This document shows positions 46,123 through 58,178 of a stretch of 64,000 bases of DNA, piece after piece (within the stretch, counting starts at the first letter, position 1; each line of letters starts with the position of its first letter). Under the pieces are notes generated by a model. It saw nothing but the letters and a program-made list of their open reading frames with translations. It was not told the DNA's origin and ran no database searches. This DNA is from Pseudomonas sp. (GTDB taxonomy: Bacteria; Pseudomonadota; Gammaproteobacteria; Pseudomonadales; Pseudomonadaceae): contig NZ_JAUYNT010000011.1 of assembly GCF_030698175.1 (NCBI RefSeq), positions 4,748 through 68,747 on the forward strand, in the 5' to 3' direction. Made by a program: the position numbers and the translations under genes.

Positions 46123-47373
46123 ATGCAAATTTATAAAGTAGGCGGCGCGGTGCGTGACCGCCTGCTCGGCCGCCCGGTGAGCGATATTGACTGGCTAGTG
46201 GTCGGCGCCACGGTAGAGCAAATGCTCGAACTGGGCTATCGCCCGGTCGGCGATGACTTTCCGGTGTTTCTGCATCCACACACCGGCGAGGAATACGCCC
46301 TCGCCCGCACCGAACGCAAATCCGGGCAGGGCTATGGCGGCTTTACCTTCCATGCCAGCCCAGAGGTCAGCATTGAGGAGGATCTCATCCGCCGTGACCT
46401 GACCATCAACGCCATGGCCGAAGACACCCTGGGACAGCTGTTTGACCCCTACGGCGGACAACACGACCTGGCCGCCCGGCTGCTTCGACATATATCCCCA
46501 GCCTTTGCCGAAGATCCGCTGCGGGTCTTGCGCGTCGCCCGTTTCGCCGCCCGCTATGCACCGTTGGGCTTTAGCGTCGCCGCCGAAACCCTGGCATTGA
46601 TGCGCCAACTGAGCGATTCCGGCGAGCTGCAGGCACTCACCGCCGAACGCAGCTGGAAGGAAATCTCCCGCGCCTTGCTCGAGCCGCGCCCCGACATTTT
46701 TATCCAGGTGCTGCGCGACTGCGGCGCCTTGGCCAGTTTGCTGCCCGAGGTCAACGCACTGTTCGGCGTGCCGCAAACCGCCACTCACCACCCCGAAATC
46801 GACACCGGCGTACACCTGCTGATGGTGCTGCAACAGTGCGCCCTGCATGACCAACCCTTAACCGTGCGCTGGGCCTGCTTGCTGCATGATCTGGGCAAGG
46901 GCACCACCTTGGCCTGCGAATGGCCACGGCATATTGCCCATGAAGTACGCGGTTTAAAGCTGATTCGCGCGGTCAACGCCCGCTGCAAAGCGCCGAAAGA
47001 TTGCCAAGAACTGGCGCTACTGGTCGGCGAGTACCACACCCACGGCCACCGCGCCCTCGAACTCAAAGCCAGCACCCTGTTTGAGTTGCTGCAGCGTTTT
47101 GACGTCTACCGCCGGCCACAACGTTTCGAAGAGTTCCTCCAGGCCTGCGAGATGGACGCCCGTGGCCGCCTCGGGTTCGAACAGCGCGACTACCCGCAAG
47201 CCGCCTACCTGCGGGCCGCCATGCACGCAGCCCGCGCGGTGGCCGTACAGCCACTGCTGGAGCAGGGGCTAACCGGCGCAGAGTTGGGCGAGGCGCTGAA
47301 TCGAGCGCGCTTGCAAGCACTCACGCAGTTCCGTCAGAGTCAACGTCAGGCCCAAGCTAACGCCACCCACTAG
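46123..47373 (+). CDS. cca: Multifunctional CCA tRNA nucleotidyltransferase
   Basis: [29 protein letters not shown] and LHDLGKG motifs. Confidence 0.97.
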   Translation: MQIYKVGGAVRDRLLGRPVSDIDWLVVGATVEQMLELGYRPVGDDFPVFLHPHTGEEYALARTERKSGQGYGGFTFHASPEVSIEEDLIRRDLTINAMAEDTLGQLFDPYGGQHDLAARLLRHISPAFAEDPLRVLRVARFAARYAPLGFSVAAETLALMRQLSDSGELQALTAERSWKEISRALLEPRPDIFIQVLRDCGALASLLPEVNALFGVPQTATHHPEIDTGVHLLMVLQQCALHDQPLTVRWACLLHDLGKGTTLACEWPRHIAHEVRGLKLIRAVNARCKAPKDCQELALLVGEYHTHGHRALELKASTLFELLQRFDVYRRPQRFEEFLQACEMDARGRLGFEQRDYPQAAYLRAAMHAARAVAVQPLLEQGLTGAELGEALNRARLQALTQFRQSQRQAQANATH

Positions 47374-47638
47374 GGTCTGTTGCCATTTCATTCACGGCCG
47401 CGCCGGAGCCTGCTTTTGCGCGAGGCAAGGCACGAGGAGCGCGATTTGGTTGTTCCAAATGAGCGACGAGAAACGCCGCCTCGCGCAAAAACAGGCCCGG
47501 CCCTTCGGGTTGCGCGAGAAATGGCCCCCGCTGTTGTTGCAGGACTTGGCAAGGGAATACCATTACCTACGTCCTGCGCCTAACCGGGGGCCATTTCTCG
47601 CGGCAACGCGGCTCGCGATGAAACGGCAACAGACCCTA
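47371..47638. mobile_element. 268-bp MITE with TA ends
   Basis: TIRs TAGGGTCTGTTGCCATTTCAT / TAGGGTCTGTTGCCGTTTCAT (20/21); internal stems 47408-47426 with 47478-47496 (18/19) and 47513-47529 with 47586-47602 (17/17); no transposase. Confidence 0.88.
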
Positions 47639-47652
47639 ATACACACGGACTC

Positions 47653-50385
47653 TTGATGACTGCCGAGACGCGCATCCCTAATCGCCCACTGCTGACCGAG
47701 CTTGAGGGGCTAACCCCGAGTCTGGTGCTCAAGCTCACCCCGCCGCGCCTGCGCAAGAGCCTGCTAACCCGGGAGCGTTTGAGCAAGCTGCGCGCCAGCG
47801 CCGAGGATGCGGCCGTGATCTTGCTCGAAGCCCCGGCCGGCTACGGCAAGACCTCGCTATTGGCGCAGTGGCGACTCGACTGGTTGCACGCCGGCGCCGT
47901 GGTCACCTGGTTTGATCTGGACAGCAACGACAGCATCACCAGCCTTGGCAGCGGCATAGTCGAGGGACTGCGCCGCGCCAGCGGCCAAGCCAACTTCGGT
48001 CACGATGCCCGCGAGGCACTGCTGCGCGGCAGTGGTTTGGCGCAGGCGGCGACCACTTTGCTGGCCGAGATTGCCGAAACCGCCCACCCGACAGTGATCA
48101 TCCTCGACAACGGTGAACGCATCAACGATCCCGCCCTGATCGAACTGTGCGACTACCTGCTGCACAATCTGCCGGCCAATTTGCAGATCGTGATCGGCTC
48201 GCGCAGTCGTCTGCCACTGGCCATTAACGATTTAGTCGCGCACGGCAATTTACGCCGGGTCAGCGCCAAACAACTGCAGTTCGACCTCAACGAAACCCAC
48301 AGTTTGCTCAACCAGCGGTTCGCCGAAAAAGCCAGCCTCGGCCTGGCGGCGCGCCTGCATGAACTCACCGAGGGCTGGCCGCTGGGCCTGCAACTGGCGG
48401 TGACAGCCATGGAGCAGGCCAGCGACCCCGAGCAGGCCTTGCAACATTTCTCGCACTCCGGCGATGAAACCACCCAGCAATTGCTGGCCGGCTTCCTCGC
48501 TCATTTAGCCCCTGGCCTGGCCGATTTCCTGCTGCGCTGCGCCCTGCTCGATGCGCTTCACCCCGAGCTGTGCGCGGCCATCAGCGAGCAGCCCAATGCG
48601 GCCGCGCTACTCGAACAACTGCGCAGCGAAAGCGCCCTGCTCAGCAGCGTCGACAACAGCCAATGGCTACGCCTGCACCCGCTGATTCGCGAATACCTGC
48701 GCAGCCAGGCGGCCCAGCAATTACCAGTCGCCGAGCAGCAGGCCATTCACCGCCGCGCCTGGCAGTGGCTGGCGGCCCACGACAATCCCGAAGAAGCCGC
48801 CCGCCATGCGCTGGCAGCGGGCCACAAACACGAAGCCTTCGCGCTGATTGCCGACAACCTCTACGACAGCTGCATGAAAGAGGGCCACTACGGCACAGTA
48901 GCGGACTGGCTGGCACGCCTGCCGGCCGCAGAGATCTTCCAGCACCCGGCGCTGCGTCTAACCGCCGGTTGGCAAGCGGCACTGAGCGGCGACTGGCAGC
49001 GCGCCGAGCACTTTGTCGGCAGCCTGGTCGAACCACCGTGCACGCCCCCTGAGTTGTATTGCGAGGCGCTGGCGATTCTGGCCGTGGCCAACTCCCGCGC
49101 CGAACGCCTCGACGCCGCGCGGCGCTATAGCGAGGCCTTCCCCGGCGACGCGCCAGACTCCCTGGCCGCCCGCAGCATGGTGCATATCAAGGCGTTTACC
49201 GCGCTATTTCGCGGCGCCAGCGAAGAGGCCCGACACTTGCTGCTGAGCATCCAGGGCGAGCACGGTTACTTCGCCCAAAGCGTTTTCCATGACCGCAGCC
49301 TCGGTCATATCTACCTCTGGGAAGGCCGCCCAGTGCTGGCCGAAGCCGCCGTGCGGCGCCGCTATAGCGAATGTGAAGCCCGCGCCGGACGGCGCAACGA
49401 GCTGACCATGACCCTCGCGGCGGTGCTCGCCAGTGCCTGCTGGGAACGTGACCAGCGCAGCGAGGCGCGCACCTTACTGGCCGCGCGCTTTGACCTGAGC
49501 GGGCGCAGCGGCGAGCTGATGTGGAGCGAGCGCAGTTACCTGACCCAAGCCCGCATCGCCGCCGCCGACGGTTGCGAGCCGCGGGCCTTTGCCCTGCTGG
49601 AAGCCTTGACCGCTGTCGGCGCCAGCCAAGGGATTCTCAGCACCCATTTACTCGGCCTGCTGGAGCGCATTCGCCTGCATGCCACCCGCCAACGCAGCGG
49701 CCAATGTGCGGCCCTGCTCGCCGACCTGGAAGCGCTGTTCGACCAGGCCGCGCCGCTCACCGCGCAGAGCCTGCATCCGCTGCTGCAGCTGTACCGCGCC
49801 CTGGCCCACAGCTACACGGCGCTGAGCGCCGAGCAGAACCCCGAGGCCAGTCGCTGGCTGAGCGAGGCCTGGCCGTTGGCGCAGCAGCTTAATCGCGGGC
49901 GGGAGATGGTGCAGATCCTGGCCTTGCAGGCACTGGTCAGTGAACGGGCGGGCGAGTCGCCCAACTCCTTATTGAATACCGCTCTCGGCCACGCCGAATC
50001 CGGTGGTCAGGTGCGGGTATTTGCCGACACCCTGCCGGCCATTGTCGAACTGATCGCCCGCAGCGCCGCTGCCGGCGGGCTTAACGCCAGCATCAGCCCA
50101 GGCTTTGTGCAGCGGGTGCTCGCGGCGGCTCAAACCTCCTTGGCCGAACCCGCCAACCCCGCCAGCCTTGCACCCGCAACGGCAGCCAGCGCGTTTCTGA
50201 CCCCCAAAGAAACTGAGGTCTTGCAACTGCTGGCCGCCGGGCTACCGAACAAGCGAATAGCCTCAACTCTGGGACTCAGCAACGAAACCATCAAATGGCA
50301 CATGAAAAAGCTGTTTACCAAGCTGAATGCCGGTAACCGCCAGCATGCGGTCGATCGCGCCCGACTGCTCGGCCTGCTCAATTGA
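47653..50385 (+). CDS. MalT-like LuxR family regulator (STAND ATPase, helical domain, LuxR HTH)
   Basis: APAGYGKTSLL Walker A, LTEGWPLGLQL, RLHPLIREYL and C-terminal LTPKETEVL..TIKWHMKKLFTKL. Confidence 0.92.
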   Translation: MMTAETRIPNRPLLTELEGLTPSLVLKLTPPRLRKSLLTRERLSKLRASAEDAAVILLEAPAGYGKTSLLAQWRLDWLHAGAVVTWFDLDSNDSITSLGSGIVEGLRRASGQANFGHDAREALLRGSGLAQAATTLLAEIAETAHPTVIILDNGERINDPALIELCDYLLHNLPANLQIVIGSRSRLPLAINDLVAHGNLRRVSAKQLQFDLNETHSLLNQRFAEKASLGLAARLHELTEGWPLGLQLAVTAMEQASDPEQALQHFSHSGDETTQQLLAGFLAHLAPGLADFLLRCALLDALHPELCAAISEQPNAAALLEQLRSESALLSSVDNSQWLRLHPLIREYLRSQAAQQLPVAEQQAIHRRAWQWLAAHDNPEEAARHALAAGHKHEAFALIADNLYDSCMKEGHYGTVADWLARLPAAEIFQHPALRLTAGWQAALSGDWQRAEHFVGSLVEPPCTPPELYCEALAILAVANSRAERLDAARRYSEAFPGDAPDSLAARSMVHIKAFTALFRGASEEARHLLLSIQGEHGYFAQSVFHDRSLGHIYLWEGRPVLAEAAVRRRYSECEARAGRRNELTMTLAAVLASACWERDQRSEARTLLAARFDLSGRSGELMWSERSYLTQARIAAADGCEPRAFALLEALTAVGASQGILSTHLLGLLERIRLHATRQRSGQCAALLADLEALFDQAAPLTAQSLHPLLQLYRALAHSYTALSAEQNPEASRWLSEAWPLAQQLNRGREMVQILALQALVSERAGESPNSLLNTALGHAESGGQVRVFADTLPAIVELIARSAAAGGLNASISPGFVQRVLAAAQTSLAEPANPASLAPATAASAFLTPKETEVLQLLAAGLPNKRIASTLGLSNETIKWHMKKLFTKLNAGNRQHAVDRARLLGLLN

Positions 50386-50503
50386 ACAGCAACCCCACAC
50401 CCCACCCACCCCTGCCCACCCCTTGCGGGTGATGGCCGCCGGCAGCGCCAGCCCATAACCTTCTCCCATCGCCTCGACACTCCAAGAGGCAAGGAGAAAT
50501 ATC

Positions 50504-50821
50504 ATGCGTGCACCCCGTAACTTACACATTCTGGCCATCTCTTCCGGCCTCACCGACCACCAGGTCGTAGAGCTTTGGGCGCAAGCCCGCGAGCAAGCCG
50601 GCAACCGCAGCCACCCACGCTACGACCGCCAGACACACAAAGTGATGATGCAGCTGATCGAAGCCAAGGCCACCGAGGACGTGCCTTTCAACTTAGTGCC
50701 CTGGGTGTTGTTTGATCTGCATGTGGGCCTATTGATTGTCCGCGCCCGCCTGGCGATTGAAAGCATCGGCGAGCAGGTACGGCATTTTGCGACCGAGTTG
50801 CGCAGCAAGCACACGGCCTGA
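50504..50821 (+). CDS. Small hypothetical protein (105 aa)
   Basis: Strong RBS AAGGAG-N7-ATG; fills the gap before convergent folK. Confidence 0.7.
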   Translation: MRAPRNLHILAISSGLTDHQVVELWAQAREQAGNRSHPRYDRQTHKVMMQLIEAKATEDVPFNLVPWVLFDLHVGLLIVRARLAIESIGEQVRHFATELRSKHTA

Positions 50822-50853
50822 GCCGAAACTGAGCGGCCAACTCGTCGCATGAT

Positions 50854-51393
50854 TTAACTTGCTGGCGTAAAGGCGTCCAGCAGCGGCGCGGGGGTCAGTT
50901 GCTGACCCCGCCAGACAAATGCCACCGGCCACAACTGCTGCGCAATCTGCGCCGTCTGCCAGAGTTCGGCGAAACTGCGCTGCACGCCGGGATGCAACAG
51001 TTGCGGCGCGTGCAGCGCCAGCGGCCAGAGCACGAAGGCGTTTTTAAGGATCTCGCCGCGCGGCAAGATCAACCCATCAAAGTTACCGACTTGCTGGCCA
51101 TACAGCAGCACATCGATATCCAGCGGCAAGCCTTGGCGATTCGGCGCATAGCGGCCATTGTCGGCCTCGATACACTTCAAGCGGTGATCCAGCTCGGCCA
51201 GAGGCAGGCCGGTATAGGCCGACACCACCAGATTGAAAAACCGGCCGCTTTTGATCCCCACCGGCAGGCTCTCAAACACCGGCGAGCACTCCAGCGGCCC
51301 GAGCAACTCGGCCAGCGCGTCGAGCCCCGCGCACAGGTGCGCCTCGCGCTCGATATTGCTACCGAGGCCTAGAAACACCTGGGTCAGAGACAT
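50854..51393 (-). CDS. folK: Dihydropteridine pyrophosphokinase
   Basis: FLGLGSNI and LDIDVLLYG motifs. Confidence 0.93.
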   Translation of the reverse strand: MSLTQVFLGLGSNIEREAHLCAGLDALAELLGPLECSPVFESLPVGIKSGRFFNLVVSAYTGLPLAELDHRLKCIEADNGRYAPNRQGLPLDIDVLLYGQQVGNFDGLILPRGEILKNAFVLWPLALHAPQLLHPGVQRSFAELWQTAQIAQQLWPVAFVWRGQQLTPAPLLDAFTPAS

Positions 51394-51737
51394 CCGCGCT
51401 CAATCTCCACGCCCACACCGGTGGCCGCAGACACGGCGCCGGGCTTGGTCAATTTCAGTCGCAGCCAGGGGATTTGGAACTCACTCATCAACAGCGCGGC
51501 GAGGCGCTCGGCAAAGGTCTCAACCAAGATGAACGTCGACGCGCTGGCAAACGCCTGAATCCGCGCCGACACCTGTGCGTAGTCCAGTGCCTTGGTCAAA
51601 TCATCGGTGGCGGCGGCCGGGCGATTATCCCAACCAAAACTCAGGTCGAGCCGCAGGCATTGGCGAATTTCCCGCTCCCAGTCATAGGCACCGATCACCG
51701 TATCGACCTCTAAGCCTTCAATAAACACTCTGTCCAA
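51384..51737 (-). CDS. folB: Dihydroneopterin aldolase
   Basis: [18 protein letters not shown] and KPGAV motifs; TTG start. Confidence 0.93.
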   Translation of the reverse strand: MDRVFIEGLEVDTVIGAYDWEREIRQCLRLDLSFGWDNRPAAATDDLTKALDYAQVSARIQAFASASTFILVETFAERLAALLMSEFQIPWLRLKLTKPGAVSAATGVGVEIERGCL

Positions 51738-51860
51738 ACTCGCTTCTCCAGCGCGACCCACAGTCAGCGCAACAGTTTGCCTGTGCACCTGCGCCACTGC
51801 ACAGGACAAGGACGCAATGCGCCGTTAGAATCGAGGCTCAACCGCCCCGGAATGGAAACC

Positions 51861-52430
51861 ATGTTTTGGCTACTGGCGATCCTCGCCTACCTGCTTGGCT
51901 CATTGTCCTTCGCCATCCTGCTCAGCCGTTCGGCCGGAGGTCCAGACCCGCGTGCCAGCGGCTCCGGCAACCCCGGCGCGACTAACATGCTGCGCGTCGC
52001 CGGGAAAAAACTCGCCATCCTCACCCTGCTCGGCGACCTGCTCAAAGGCCTGCTGCCGGTACTGGTGGCGGCTGCCTGGCAGTTCAACATCCAACAACAA
52101 GCCTGGATAGGTTTAGCCGCGGTGATCGGGCATATGTACCCACTGTACTTTCGTTTTCACGGCGGTAAAGGCGTAGCCACTGCCGCCGGCATGTTACTCG
52201 GGCTCTATCCGCCCGCCGCCTTACTGGCTGTCGCCGCCTGGCTGCTCAGTTTCAAATTGACCCGTATCAGTTCGCTCGCCGCCCTGATCGCCACGCCGCT
52301 GACGCTACCCTTGCTGGCTTGGCAACAACCCGGCGCCTTACTGCCCATGAGCGCCCTGTGCGGCCTGGTGGTGTGGCGCCACAGAAGCAATTTACGCGAC
52401 CTGTTCGCCGGGCGCGAACGGCAATTTTAA
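51861..52430 (+). CDS. plsY: Glycerol-3-phosphate acyltransferase
   Basis: [15 protein letters not shown] and [10 protein letters not shown] motifs. Confidence 0.95.
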   Translation: MFWLLAILAYLLGSLSFAILLSRSAGGPDPRASGSGNPGATNMLRVAGKKLAILTLLGDLLKGLLPVLVAAAWQFNIQQQAWIGLAAVIGHMYPLYFRFHGGKGVATAAGMLLGLYPPAALLAVAAWLLSFKLTRISSLAALIATPLTLPLLAWQQPGALLPMSALCGLVVWRHRSNLRDLFAGRERQF

Positions 52431-52461
52431 CCGGCCGTTGAAAAACTACTGCGCTCGGCCA
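52428..52461. repeat. Truncated MITE end starting at the plsY stop codon
   Basis: TAACCGGCCGTTGAAAAACTACTGCGCTCGGCCA; shares AAAACTACTGCGCTCGG with 28880-28912. Confidence 0.45.
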
Positions 52462-52494
52462 GGCGACACGCTACCCATCCAATTTGAATCCGCT

Positions 52495-53520
52495 TCACAG
52501 CGGCAATAATTGCTCCATCGGCCAGCGTGCCTGCACACCTATTGCCGGGCCATCATGCTGCCCAGCCAACAGCCGCTGACAGCCGGCATAGGCAATCATG
52601 GCGCCGTTATCGGTGCAAAAGCGTGGCCGCGCATAGAACACCTGACCATTAAATTCGCCGAGCATTTTCTCCAAGCCTTGGCGCAGCGCCGTGTTGGCGC
52701 TCACCCCGCCGGCAATCACCAAGTTCTTTAAGCCGGTTAATTTCAGCGCCCGCCGACACTTGATGGTCAGCGTATCCACCACCGCCTGCTGAAAGGCCAG
52801 GCAGATATCGCGGCGGGTCTGCTCATCGCTGGCATCGCCTTTTTGCTCCTGCTGCCAGGTATTCAAGGCAAAGGTTTTCAGCCCGCTAAAGCTAAATTCC
52901 AAACCCGGCCGGGTGGTCATCGGCCGCGGGAACACAAAGCGGTTCGGCTGGCCATGCTCGGCCAAACGGGCGATCTCCGGGCCACCGGGATAGACCAAAC
53001 CGAGCATTTTCGCGGTCTTATCGAAGGCTTCGCCGGCGGCGTCATCCAGCGACTCGCCAAGCAACTGGTAACGGCCGATGCCATCGACACGCACCAACTG
53101 GGTATGGCCACCGGAAACCAGCAAGGCCACGAACGGAAACTGCGGCGGCTGCTCTTCCAGCATCGGCGCCAACAGATGGCCTTCCATGTGGTGCACGCCG
53201 AGCGCCGGGATATCCCAGGCAAACGCCAGTGCCTGGGCACAGGAGGCGCCAACCAGCAAGGCACCGACCAAGCCGGGGCCTGCGGTATAGGCGATGGCAT
53301 CGATCTGCTTAGCGGTGCACTGCGCCTCGCTCAGCACCTCGCGGATCAACGGCAGCATGCGCTTAACGTGATCACGCGAGGCCAACTCGGGCACCACGCC
53401 ACCGTAAGCACGGTGTAAATCGATCTGGCTAAATAACGCATCCGCCAGCAAGCCACGCTCGCTGTCGTACAGGGCTACGCCGGTTTCATCGCAGGAAGTC
53501 TCTAAGCCCAGCACGAGCAT
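52495..53520 (-). CDS. tsaD: tRNA t6A biosynthesis protein
   Basis: [21 protein letters not shown] and CTDNGAMIA motifs. Confidence 0.97.
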   Translation of the reverse strand: MLVLGLETSCDETGVALYDSERGLLADALFSQIDLHRAYGGVVPELASRDHVKRMLPLIREVLSEAQCTAKQIDAIAYTAGPGLVGALLVGASCAQALAFAWDIPALGVHHMEGHLLAPMLEEQPPQFPFVALLVSGGHTQLVRVDGIGRYQLLGESLDDAAGEAFDKTAKMLGLVYPGGPEIARLAEHGQPNRFVFPRPMTTRPGLEFSFSGLKTFALNTWQQEQKGDASDEQTRRDICLAFQQAVVDTLTIKCRRALKLTGLKNLVIAGGVSANTALRQGLEKMLGEFNGQVFYARPRFCTDNGAMIAYAGCQRLLAGQHDGPAIGVQARWPMEQLLPL

Positions 53521-53641
53521 GGGTTTGCGCCTTATCAGATGGGCAAATTTGCAGGCGCGCATAATAAGCGCCGTCTGGGAGCCTGTCGAACTTAGAGCGC
53601 CAGGCACCTGCGCACCGACCAGCGCTTTTCGATCAGAGGCT

Positions 53642-53670
53642 TTGCATTCCTAACGCCGAGGGGTTACCAT
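53642..53670 (+). promoter_or_regulatory. sigma70 promoter of rpsU-dnaG-rpoD
   Basis: TTGCAT-N17-TACCAT followed by a GC-rich discriminator. Confidence 0.6.
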
Positions 53671-53753
53671 CCGCAGCCCTTAAAAACCGCGTTCTTCAGT
53701 GCTTACTGCCAGGAGAGCGTTCACCACCGGTAAATAGTGAAGGTAAGCCCTCG

Positions 53754-53969
53754 ATGCCAGCCGTCAAAGTTAAAGAGAATGAACCCTTCGACGTAGCTCT
53801 GCGTCGTTTCAAGCGTACCTGCGAAAAAGCCGGCGTTATGGCCGAAGTTCGTAGCCGTGAGTTCTACGAGAAACCAACTTCCGAGCGCAAGCGTAAAGCT
53901 GCCGCGGCAGTTAAGCGTCACGCGAAGAAAGTGCAGCGCGAACAGCGCCGTCACGAACGTCTGTACTGA
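53754..53969 (+). CDS. rpsU: 30S ribosomal protein S21
   Basis: [21 protein letters not shown]...EFYEKPT. Confidence 0.98.
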   Translation: MPAVKVKENEPFDVALRRFKRTCEKAGVMAEVRSREFYEKPTSERKRKAAAAVKRHAKKVQREQRRHERLY

Positions 53970-54043
53970 GTTCACTGCTACGCCGCTAACGCTACTGCGG
54001 TAATGCCCAGCCTCGGCTGAGCACTACCGCAGTGTCACACCAC

Positions 54044-54082
54044 ACTCCGCTTCGCGACTCAGCGAATGGCCGGAGTTTTTTT
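54044..54082 (+). terminator. Intrinsic terminator/attenuator between rpsU and dnaG
   Basis: ACTCCG..TTCGC-loop-GCGAA..CGGAGT followed by a T run. Confidence 0.6.
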
Positions 54083-54125
54083 GTTTTTGACGGCCCAAAC
54101 CGCCTCACGCAGTAACCTGAATCCT

Positions 54126-56108
54126 ATGGCCGGCCTGATTCCACAATCTTTTATCGACGACCTCCTGAACCGCACCGACATCGTCGACGTGGTGAGTTCG
54201 CGCATCAGCTTAAAAAAATCCGGCAAGAACCACAGCGCCTGCTGCCCCTTCCATAAAGAGAAGACCCCATCTTTTAGCGTCAGCCCAGACAAGCAGTTCT
54301 ACTACTGCTTCGGCTGCGGCGCCGGCGGCAACGCCCTGGGCTTTATCATGGACCACGACCACCTGGACTTTATCCAGGCCGTGGAAGAGCTGGCCAAACG
54401 CGCCGGCATGGAAGTGCCCCGCGAGGAAGGCGGCCGCCTGCAAGCGCCGCGCCAACCCAGCGATTCGCCGATTTACGCACTGCTAACTGCCGCCAGCGAG
54501 TTTTATCGCCAAGCCCTGAAAAGCCATCCAACCCGCAAAGCCGCCGTCGACTACCTCAAGGGCCGCGGCCTGTCGGGCGAGATCGCCCGCGACTTCAGCT
54601 TAGGCTTCGCCCCGCCCGGCTGGGACAATCTGGCCAAACACCTGGGCGGCGACACGCTGGCGCAAAAGAACCTGATCGACGCCGGCCTGCTGGTGGAAAA
54701 CGCCGACAACCCCGAGAAAGTTAAGCGCTACGACCGCTTCCGCGACCGGGTGATCTTCCCGATTCGCGATAGCCGCGGCCGCGTCATCGCCTTTGGTGGT
54801 CGCGTACTGGGCGACGACAAACCGAAATACCTGAACTCGCCGGAGACTTCGGTATTTCATAAAGGCCAAGAGCTTTATGGCCTTTATGAAGCACGCCAAA
54901 GCAATCGCCATCTCGACGAGATCATGGTGGTCGAAGGCTATATGGACGTCATTGCCCTGGCCCAACAAGGCCTGCGCAACGCCGTGGCCACGCTCGGCAC
55001 CGCCACCAGCGAAGAACACCTCAAGCGCCTGTTTCGTATAGTGCCCAGCGTACTGTTTTGCTTCGACGGCGACCAAGCCGGGCGCAAAGCCGCCTGGCGC
55101 GCCCTGGAAGCCACCCTGTCGAGCCTGCAAGATGGCCGCCGCGCGCGCTTTTTGTTTTTGCCCGAAGGCGAAGACCCCGACACCCTGGTCCGCAGCGAGG
55201 GCACCGAGGCGTTTCGCGCGCGCATCAACCAGCAAGCCCAGCCACTGGCCGATTATTTTTTCCAGCAGCTTTGCCAAGAAGCCGACCCGCGCTCCATGGA
55301 AGGCAAGGCGCACCTCGCCACCCTCGCCGCCCCGCTGATCGACAAGGTCCCCGGCGCCAATCTGCGCACCCTGATGCGCCAACGCCTGAGCGAAATCACC
55401 GGCCTCAACAGCAATAACAGCGACCCGATCAGCCACAACCCAGCACCGCCTGCACCCGCCGACTATCCGCCACAGATCAATTACGACGCACCGCCCGACT
55501 ACGGCGACATGGCCGATATTGCCGACTACGCCGACTACATCGAAATGCCGGCCGCCATCGGCTACGGCCAGCAAAACAGCTGGAAGAAGACTGAAGGCAA
55601 GGCCTGGAACAAAGACAAAAACTGGAAAAAAGGCGGCAATGACGACGCCCCACGCGGACCGCGCAAAGCCGTCAACGTCGAATCACCGACCCTGACCGCC
55701 CTGCGCACCTTGCTGCATCACCCACAATTGGCGCAGAAAGTCGAAGACGCCAGCCACTTCGCCGCCGAAGACGACACCTACGCCCAGTTGCTGGTCGCCC
55801 TACTGGAAGCGCTGCAAAAGAATCCAAAGCTGCGCAGCCTGCAGTTGATTGCCCGCTGGCACGGCACCGACCAGGGCCGCCTGCTGCGCGCACTGGCGGA
55901 AAAGGAATGGCTGATTTCAGCCGACAACCTTGAACAACAGTTTTTCGACACTATAACTAGTCTTGCAGCCCGTCAGCGCGAACACAGCCTTGAGCGCCTG
56001 CTGCGCAAAGCGCGCGAAGGCGAACTCAGCACTGAAGATAAAGAGCAGTTACGCGACCTACTAAGCCGCAATACGCCAGTAATAGCCCCAACTACAACTG
56101 GCGCATAA
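54126..56108 (+). CDS. dnaG: DNA primase
   Basis: CPFHKEKTPSF zinc motif, KYLNSPET, VEGYMDV and FDGDQAG motifs. Confidence 0.97.
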   Translation: MAGLIPQSFIDDLLNRTDIVDVVSSRISLKKSGKNHSACCPFHKEKTPSFSVSPDKQFYYCFGCGAGGNALGFIMDHDHLDFIQAVEELAKRAGMEVPREEGGRLQAPRQPSDSPIYALLTAASEFYRQALKSHPTRKAAVDYLKGRGLSGEIARDFSLGFAPPGWDNLAKHLGGDTLAQKNLIDAGLLVENADNPEKVKRYDRFRDRVIFPIRDSRGRVIAFGGRVLGDDKPKYLNSPETSVFHKGQELYGLYEARQSNRHLDEIMVVEGYMDVIALAQQGLRNAVATLGTATSEEHLKRLFRIVPSVLFCFDGDQAGRKAAWRALEATLSSLQDGRRARFLFLPEGEDPDTLVRSEGTEAFRARINQQAQPLADYFFQQLCQEADPRSMEGKAHLATLAAPLIDKVPGANLRTLMRQRLSEITGLNSNNSDPISHNPAPPAPADYPPQINYDAPPDYGDMADIADYADYIEMPAAIGYGQQNSWKKTEGKAWNKDKNWKKGGNDDAPRGPRKAVNVESPTLTALRTLLHHPQLAQKVEDASHFAAEDDTYAQLLVALLEALQKNPKLRSLQLIARWHGTDQGRLLRALAEKEWLISADNLEQQFFDTITSLAARQREHSLERLLRKAREGELSTEDKEQLRDLLSRNTPVIAPTTTGA

Positions 56109-56175
56109 GGCCGTTTCACGGGTATAATCCGCGGCTTGTTTTTTGCCCGCCAAGACCTTCAATGGATAGGGTGTT

Positions 56176-58023
<1,848 letters not shown>

Positions 58024-58027
58024 CAAC

Positions 58028-58054
58028 AAAACCCCAGCCCCGGCTGGGGTTTTT
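58028..58054 (+). terminator. rpoD intrinsic terminator
   Basis: AAAACCCCAGCC-CC-GGCTGGGGTTTTT. Confidence 0.9.
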
Positions 58055-58134
58055 GTTTTAGCTCCCGCACCGCACCGGCTAAAACAAAAACCTGCGCAAC
58101 TACCCGATCATTTCGCCGCCAACGCACCGTTAAG

Positions 58135-58164
58135 TTGGCGCTAACCGCACCACCTCGTTATAAT
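58135..58164 (+). promoter_or_regulatory. tRNA promoter
   Basis: TTGGCG-N18-TATAAT followed by GC-rich CCGCCGGC. Confidence 0.6.
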
Positions 58165-58178
58165 CCGCCGGCTTTCTG

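Noticed and set aside
55405-55660. Low-complexity Pro/Asp/Tyr and Lys/Trp insert in DnaG
   Set aside because: Variable linker that I recall as common in Pseudomonas primases; frame intact
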